Of a stretch of 64,000 nucleotides of DNA, positions 58,916 to 64,000 are shown piece by piece; position 1 is the stretch's first letter, and every line of letters begins with the position of its first letter. The notes below the pieces were generated by a model, which was not told the DNA's origin, did not search any database, and saw only the letters and a list, made by a program, of their open reading frames with translations. Made by a program: the position numbers and the translations under genes. Origin of the DNA: Candidatus Omnitrophota bacterium (GTDB lineage: Bacteria; Omnitrophota; Gorgyraeia; Gygaellales; Profunditerraquicolaceae); NCBI GenBank assembly GCA_028715785.1, contig JAQURC010000001.1, positions 204,766-268,765 on the forward strand, in the 5' to 3' direction.

Positions 58916-60026
58916 AATATTTTATTTTTTAGCGGCAATTTTGTTAACCTTTTCCAGTTTGTTGGCCGCGGAGAATCGGCCTAAAGGAAATATGAATAAT
59001 AAATCAGCAGATTTAAGTAAAGCCAATTTCGATAATCCGTTTGGAGTTTTAGAGTTCCTGCATTGGAACCATTCTTGGAACAACTATAAATATTCCGGTG
59101 ATCGTGATTTGGAGAAAACTGTTTCCTTGATGCAGGAGGCCGGGGTTGGCTGGGTAAGATTGGATTTTCTGTGGGGGGATATTGAAGCGCAAGAGGGTAA
59201 GTTTGATTTTTCCAGATACGATAACATCGTTAAATTACTCAAAGGTAAAGGAATCAATATCTTGGGTATTTTGCATTACAGTACAAGTTGGGCTTCTTCC
59301 TGCGGAGAATGGAATTGCCCGCCCAAAGATAATAAAATATTCGTCAATTACGCGGGCAAAGTTATACAGCGCTATAAGGAGCAGGTTAAATACTGGGAGG
59401 TTTGGAATGAGCCGGATTCTGCTATCTACTGGAAACAACAGGACAGCCTTAATTCCTATTGCGGCCTGCTAAAAGAAGTGTATCTGGCGGCTAAAAAAAT
59501 AGATCCGGATTGTAAGATCCTAAACGGCGGTATTGCCAATGGGCCGGCCAGCATCAATCACCTTTATGACAATGGGGCCAAAGATTATTTTGATATATTA
59601 AACCTGCATTTTTTCGAAAGCCCTTTACATGGCAAAGGCGGCATAAAAGGTTTAGCCGGTTATTTTAACCTTGCCCATAAGATAATGCTGCGCAACGGGG
59701 ATACCAAGAAGAAAATCTGGGTAACTGAAATCGGTTGTCCCGGGGTAAAGTTGGGATTAAAGGCGGATAATTGGTGGATGGGTAAAAATCCTGATGAACG
59801 CCAGCAAGCCCAATGGGTAAAAGACGTGTATACTGAACTATTAAAAGATCCCCGGGTGGAGAAAATTTTTTGGGCTTTTTTCCGGGACACTAAAAATCAC
59901 TGGAAAAATGGGGTAGATTATTTTGGTTTAGTGCGCTGGGATTATTCCCGCAAACCCTCTTTTAAAGCCTATCGAGAGTGCCGCCGGAAATGGAAGGACA
60001 AAGTCATGAAGCTTAGGGGTAAATAA
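58893..60026 (+). CDS. secreted glycoside hydrolase (TIM-barrel clan GH-A, GH5/GH39-like)
   Basis: Signal peptide. Acid/base motif WEVWNEPD and nucleophile context VTEIGCP. Confidence 0.55.
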   Translation: MNKKLTNKIFYFLAAILLTFSSLLAAENRPKGNMNNKSADLSKANFDNPFGVLEFLHWNHSWNNYKYSGDRDLEKTVSLMQEAGVGWVRLDFLWGDIEAQEGKFDFSRYDNIVKLLKGKGINILGILHYSTSWASSCGEWNCPPKDNKIFVNYAGKVIQRYKEQVKYWEVWNEPDSAIYWKQQDSLNSYCGLLKEVYLAAKKIDPDCKILNGGIANGPASINHLYDNGAKDYFDILNLHFFESPLHGKGGIKGLAGYFNLAHKIMLRNGDTKKKIWVTEIGCPGVKLGLKADNWWMGKNPDERQQAQWVKDVYTELLKDPRVEKIFWAFFRDTKNHWKNGVDYFGLVRWDYSRKPSFKAYRECRRKWKDKVMKLRGK

Positions 60027-60088
60027 GTGTTTTTCCTCTGAGAAATACTTAAAAGGTGATTTGTCGGATAAGCTGCACACTCCAAAAT

Positions 60089-60616
60089 TCAGGCTTTTTT
60101 GTTTTCATCGTAAGTACGAAATCCGATTATCCTCTTCTCCTTTACCGGGGGTAGTTCCAGTAATTGCTTTATAGCCTGGAAAACTATTACAAATTGCTTA
60201 TCGTATTTTTTCTCCATTTCTTCAATCTTATGTTTAAGATCTCTGTTAGTTAAAAGCATGCGCCTTAATTGGGTAAAAGCCCGCATAATTTGGATATTTA
60301 CCATAATAGCCCGGTTACTGTTTAATACACCCGATAACATGGCTATCCCTTGCTCTGTAAAGGCATAGGGCAAGACGGTTGAATGCTTCATAGAATCGAA
60401 CCGGTCGCAAATTGCGACTAGTTCATCTTTTTCTTTTTTGGTCAATTGAAGCATAAAATCTTCCGGGAACCGTTTAATGTTACGTTTTACCTGTTCGTTC
60501 AATCTTTTTGTCGTTACCTCATACAATTGCGCCAGGTCTCTATCCAACATCACTTTTTTACCCCTTACTACAAAAATCTTACTGGTTATTACTTCTATAG
60601 AAATTAATTCAGGCAT
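60089..60616 (-). CDS. ORF6N/KilA-N-like domain protein (phage antirepressor-type)
   Basis: N-terminus MPELISIEVITSKIFVVRGKKVMLDRDLAQLYEV is typical of the ORF6N domain. Confidence 0.6.
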   Translation of the reverse strand: MPELISIEVITSKIFVVRGKKVMLDRDLAQLYEVTTKRLNEQVKRNIKRFPEDFMLQLTKKEKDELVAICDRFDSMKHSTVLPYAFTEQGIAMLSGVLNSNRAIMVNIQIMRAFTQLRRMLLTNRDLKHKIEEMEKKYDKQFVIVFQAIKQLLELPPVKEKRIIGFRTYDENKKA

Positions 60617-60851
60617 ATTTTATCTCTCCTTTCTACCGCAATAGACGGCTCGAATGGTAAAATCTAACATAAAATCTTTTTCTTCAATAGGAATTTTGTT
60701 AGGTTTTAGGCCCTAAAAAAAGGAATTCGGCATGAGGCAATACCGGATTTTTTATTGCAGTAACTTGCGGAATATGGGGGGGAGTTGATTGGTACATTCA
60801 ATTTCGCTTAATGTCTATTTTGAGTGAATGGGAGGAGAGAGATATTAATAA

Positions 60852-60935
60852 ATGGTGCGGGAGGAGGGAGTTGAACCCTCAAGGGTTGCCCCACACGCTT
60901 CTGAGACGTGCGCGTCTGCCATTCCGCCACCCCCG
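60852..60935 (-). tRNA. tRNA-Leu (anticodon CAG), type II with long variable arm
   Basis: Acceptor GCGGGGG, anticodon loop CUCAGAA, long variable arm and an encoded CCA. Confidence 0.85.
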
Positions 60936-61060
60936 CAAAAATCAGATTAAGTATATCTTAGCGCAATACTCCTGTCAATTAGTTATCAATTCCGGTTATA
61001 AATGAATTGCGGCAAGGATTTTTTGCTGTTATAATAATAATTTACTAAAGAGGAGAAATA

Positions 61061-62017
61061 GTGTTTTTGGAGCATTTTAAAATCACCGGACTTGCCATGG
61101 CCCAGATATTCATTTTGGGGGCTTTGGGTTATTATTTGGTCAGGAAAAATATGCTTTCCCACCCCGGGCTTGACGCTTTAAGCCGCCTGGTGATCCAGGT
61201 TATTTTCCCGGCTATGATCTTTACCCAGCTGCTGCAGAATTTCAGCTTCAGCCTTTATCCGAATTGGTGGATTTTCCCGCTGGTCAGCCTGGCGATTACC
61301 GCTTCCGGCCTGCTGGTAGGTTTATTTTTACTTAAGCTTATAAAGTTAAAAAACCATAAACTGCAGTTTTTAAGCCTGGCGGGTTTTCAGAATTCCGGAT
61401 ACCTGCCTTTGGCGATGGTGGCCGCCATATTTTCCGGCCAGGAGCTGAACAATATTTTTATTTATATATTCCTGTTCCTGTTGGGTTTTGATCTAGTGGC
61501 CTGGTCGCTGGGAATATACCTGCTTACTTACGATAAAGAGGCAAAGTTTAAACTGCGGCATATTTTCAGCCCTCCGGTAATCGCGAATTTATCGACCCTT
61601 GCGCTTATAGCGCTGGGGTTAAATAAATTCATACCGGCGGTCATATTTAAACCTGTCCAGATGATCGGTAACTGCACCCTGCCTTTGGCCTTGATTGTCG
61701 TCGGAGGAAACGTTGCTTTAGCGCGCCTGAAGAATATCGATAAAAAGGCGGTTTCCTTTTTTCTCTTAGGCAAGTTGATTATTCTGCCGCTGTTAGGCAT
61801 GTGGATTGTGCTGAAGCTGGGCCTGCCGCAATTATTTGGTTTTTTAATCGTCATGCAGTTAGCCATGCCCTCGGCAACCTCTTTATCGGTGATTATCCGC
61901 CATTATAACCGGGAAGACGCTTTGATCAGCCAGGGGGTATTTTTTAGCCACATCATCAGCTTAGTTACGATACCGTTATTTTTAGGTTTATATTTATCGC
62001 TGGTTGTGCTAAAATGA
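61061..62017 (+). CDS. AEC family (auxin efflux carrier-like) transporter
   Basis: Ten-TM hydropathy with an internal repeat. Typical length. Confidence 0.7.
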   Translation: MFLEHFKITGLAMAQIFILGALGYYLVRKNMLSHPGLDALSRLVIQVIFPAMIFTQLLQNFSFSLYPNWWIFPLVSLAITASGLLVGLFLLKLIKLKNHKLQFLSLAGFQNSGYLPLAMVAAIFSGQELNNIFIYIFLFLLGFDLVAWSLGIYLLTYDKEAKFKLRHIFSPPVIANLSTLALIALGLNKFIPAVIFKPVQMIGNCTLPLALIVVGGNVALARLKNIDKKAVSFFLLGKLIILPLLGMWIVLKLGLPQLFGFLIVMQLAMPSATSLSVIIRHYNREDALISQGVFFSHIISLVTIPLFLGLYLSLVVLK

Positions 62018-62469
62018 GTAAAATTATCATAACTAACCGCAAGGCTTATAGGGATTATGAAGTCTTAGAATCCGTAGAGAGCGGTATTGAGCTTAAGGGG
62101 TCGGAAGTAAAATCCCTGCGCGCCGGCAAAATTAATTTAGACGACAGTTTTGCCCGCTCTGAAAAAGAAGAGATTTTTTTATACAACGCCCATATCAGCC
62201 ATTACACCGAGGCTAGTTACCTAAACGTTGACCCGGACCGGCCGCGTAAGCTTCTTTTACATAAGAATCAAATCCAAAGAATTACCGGCAAGCTTACCCA
62301 AAAAGGCCTGACCTTAATTCCGTTAAAAATTTATTTTAATGACCGGGGTTTTGTTAAAGTGGAATTGGCGCTTTGTAAAGGCAAAAAACTTTACGATAAG
62401 CGCGAAAGTATCAAGCGCAGGGAAACGGATCGTGAAATGCGCCGGGCGGTAAAGAGTAAAAGAAAATAA
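62014..62469 (+). CDS. smpB: SsrA-binding protein
   Basis: N-terminus NRKAYRDYEV…GIELKGSEVKSLR and a basic C-terminal tail. Confidence 0.9.
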   Translation: MSKIIITNRKAYRDYEVLESVESGIELKGSEVKSLRAGKINLDDSFARSEKEEIFLYNAHISHYTEASYLNVDPDRPRKLLLHKNQIQRITGKLTQKGLTLIPLKIYFNDRGFVKVELALCKGKKLYDKRESIKRRETDREMRRAVKSKRK

Positions 62470-62474
62470 ATAGG

Positions 62475-62885
62475 GGGGGTGAAAGGGTTCGACTTAAGAT
62501 ATGTCGGATAAAAGCAGCATGCCGCGGACGCATGGTTAGCCGCGTTAATAACCCGTGCACAATATAAACGCAAACACAAACACGCAAGTGTTCAATCGCT
62601 TAGCGCCAAAAACAGCAATGTTTTTAGCGCCTGTAGCGGGCGTACCAGCCTTCGGACTTCATTAAGTCCGAAGCCTCTAACCGTCTACGCCTACGGGACG
62701 GATTAGGGCCTTAGTAGGATAGCTCCGGTGGTTGCCTTTGAAGCCGGAGCGAAATTTAAAAGGCTGCTCCTTGCAAATCCTGCCATGTAGAAGTTGCAAG
62801 GTTAAGATAAATTACAAGGCTAAGCATGTAGCGGCTTTTATTTGATTACTTAAGGACGGCGGTCCGATTCCGCCCACCTCCACCA
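62475..62885 (+). ncRNA. ssrA: transfer-messenger RNA (tmRNA)
   Basis: 5' GGGGGTGAAAGGGTTCGAC pairs with the 3' CACCTCC-A-CCA end, including a G3:U wobble. T-arm GGCGGTCCGATTCCGCC. Lies directly after smpB. Confidence 0.85.
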
Positions 62886-62892
62886 TAAAATT

Positions 62893-63987
62893 ATGAAAGT
62901 GGATAAATCTTTAAAATTATTTTTTCTTTCTATCTCCCTGGTTCTCTTAATCAGTGGCTGCGTTAGCGTTCCAACCGGAGAAAATATCGCTGCTTATTCT
63001 ATCGGCGGAAAAACCTATTATCCTTTAATCAGCCTATGCGATCTGCGCCATATCCCGATGCAGTATGAGCCGCTTTTGCGCACGGTTTATTTGAGCAGTA
63101 ACAATAAGTCCGTGAATTTGCGGGTAGGGGATAGCCTGATTTTAGTTAATGATAACATCATGCATTTAAATTCTCCCGTGGATGTTTATCAAGGCACGAT
63201 TGTGGTGCCGAGGCAGTTTAAAGAAGAGGTTTTTGATGTATTGTTTAAACCGGCCGCCGCGGCGCTTCGCCGCCGCGGAGCGGGTAGAATAAAATTAGCC
63301 AGAGTTGTTATCGACGCCGGCCACGGAGGCAATGATCCCGGAGCCATCGGCAGAAGCGGCTTAAGGGAAAAAGATATAAATTTAGATATCGCCAAAAGAT
63401 TAAGCAGCCTTTTGAAAGAGGAAGGCGTGCAGACAGCCCTCACCCGTTCAACGGATAGGTTTATCCCCCTTTCCAGCCGGGTGAGCATTGCCAATAGATC
63501 CGGGGCGGATTTATTTATCAGCGTTCATTCTAACGCCGCGCGTTCGCGTTCTTTAAGCGGCTTTGAAGTTTATTATGTTGCCCCCAGCGTCAGTGACGCC
63601 AAACGCGCCGCCCTTACCGCAAGGAGCGCTTCATTAAATTTAAAGGACGCTGCCTTTGCCAGCAGCTCCCAGGATTTAAGGACAATTGTCTGGGATATGA
63701 TTTATGCCAATAGCCGGGCTGAATCTATAGCGCTCTCTCATTCTCTATGCAGGATCATGGATTCCTGTATTGACGCTAATATTTTGGGAGTAAAAAATGC
63801 CCGTTTCCAGGTGTTAAAAGGGATCAGGATGCCGGGCATATTGATTGAGGTGGGTTTTGTTTCGAATCTGAACGAAGAAAGATTATTAAGGACCGCCGCG
63901 TATCGCCAAAAATTAGCCGAAGGCATAGTGGAAGGCCTGAGGGATTATTCACAGGATATGGCATTAGTGGAGGAATCGAGAAGATGA
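62893..63987 (+). CDS. N-acetylmuramoyl-L-alanine amidase (Amidase_3) with N-terminal AMIN-like domain
   Basis: Lipoprotein signal LISGC. Amidase_3 motif VVIDAGHGGNDPGAIG. Confidence 0.8.
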   Translation: MKVDKSLKLFFLSISLVLLISGCVSVPTGENIAAYSIGGKTYYPLISLCDLRHIPMQYEPLLRTVYLSSNNKSVNLRVGDSLILVNDNIMHLNSPVDVYQGTIVVPRQFKEEVFDVLFKPAAAALRRRGAGRIKLARVVIDAGHGGNDPGAIGRSGLREKDINLDIAKRLSSLLKEEGVQTALTRSTDRFIPLSSRVSIANRSGADLFISVHSNAARSRSLSGFEVYYVAPSVSDAKRAALTARSASLNLKDAAFASSSQDLRTIVWDMIYANSRAESIALSHSLCRIMDSCIDANILGVKNARFQVLKGIRMPGILIEVGFVSNLNEERLLRTAAYRQKLAEGIVEGLRDYSQDMALVEESRR

Positions 63988-64000
63988 GCTCAATCGGTAT

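Noticed and set aside
60811-61005. 64-aa ORF on the + strand
   Set aside because: It lies antisense across tRNA-Leu(CAG). The tRNA structure explains the sequence.
1-64000. CRISPR arrays and cas genes
   Set aside because: I scanned for regularly spaced direct repeats. The only dispersed repeats found are the REP palindromes and the 140-nt family, neither with CRISPR-like periodicity.

Overview
This is a densely coding 64-kb bacterial chromosomal window, mostly on the + strand and of moderate GC by eye. The backbone carries housekeeping genes in a Bacillus-like order: dnaX-recR, mcsA-mcsB-clpC-radA-yacL-ispD-ispF-cysE-cysS, tmk-holB-ricT-metG-tatD, and tsaE-tsaB-alr. The organism nevertheless encodes diderm envelope machinery (LolCDE, MlaEFD, LptFG). 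RNA genes are tRNA-Asn(GTT), tRNA-Leu(CAG) and a tmRNA directly after smpB. The most notable feature is an AT-rich island of about 6.8 kb inserted at the 3' end of tRNA-Asn. It is bounded by an 11-13 nt direct repeat of the tRNA 3' end and has no integrase. The island carries (i) an AAA+ ATPase plus S8 subtilase pair with the architecture of the ietAS defense system. It also carries (ii) a three-gene cassette of a GHKL-type ATPase, a small STAS-like (DUF4325-like) protein and a single-pass membrane protein ending in CPHC. I cannot match this cassette to any described system. A zeta-toxin-like P-loop kinase and an unannotated 53-aa ORF sit just outside the repeat. Other signals are listed below. 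(1) A REP-associated tyrosine transposase is flanked by two identical 46-nt REP palindromes, with a third REP copy elsewhere. (2) A three-copy structured intergenic repeat family of about 140 nt shows compensatory stem changes. (3) A GTGTAA/TTACAC dyad array lies between cysE and cysS. (4) maf is fused in frame to a lipoprotein M48 peptidase. (5) A perfect 34-nt palindrome precedes clpC in an mcsAB-clpC operon that lacks ctsR. All functional calls rest on motif recognition by eye, with no database searches.
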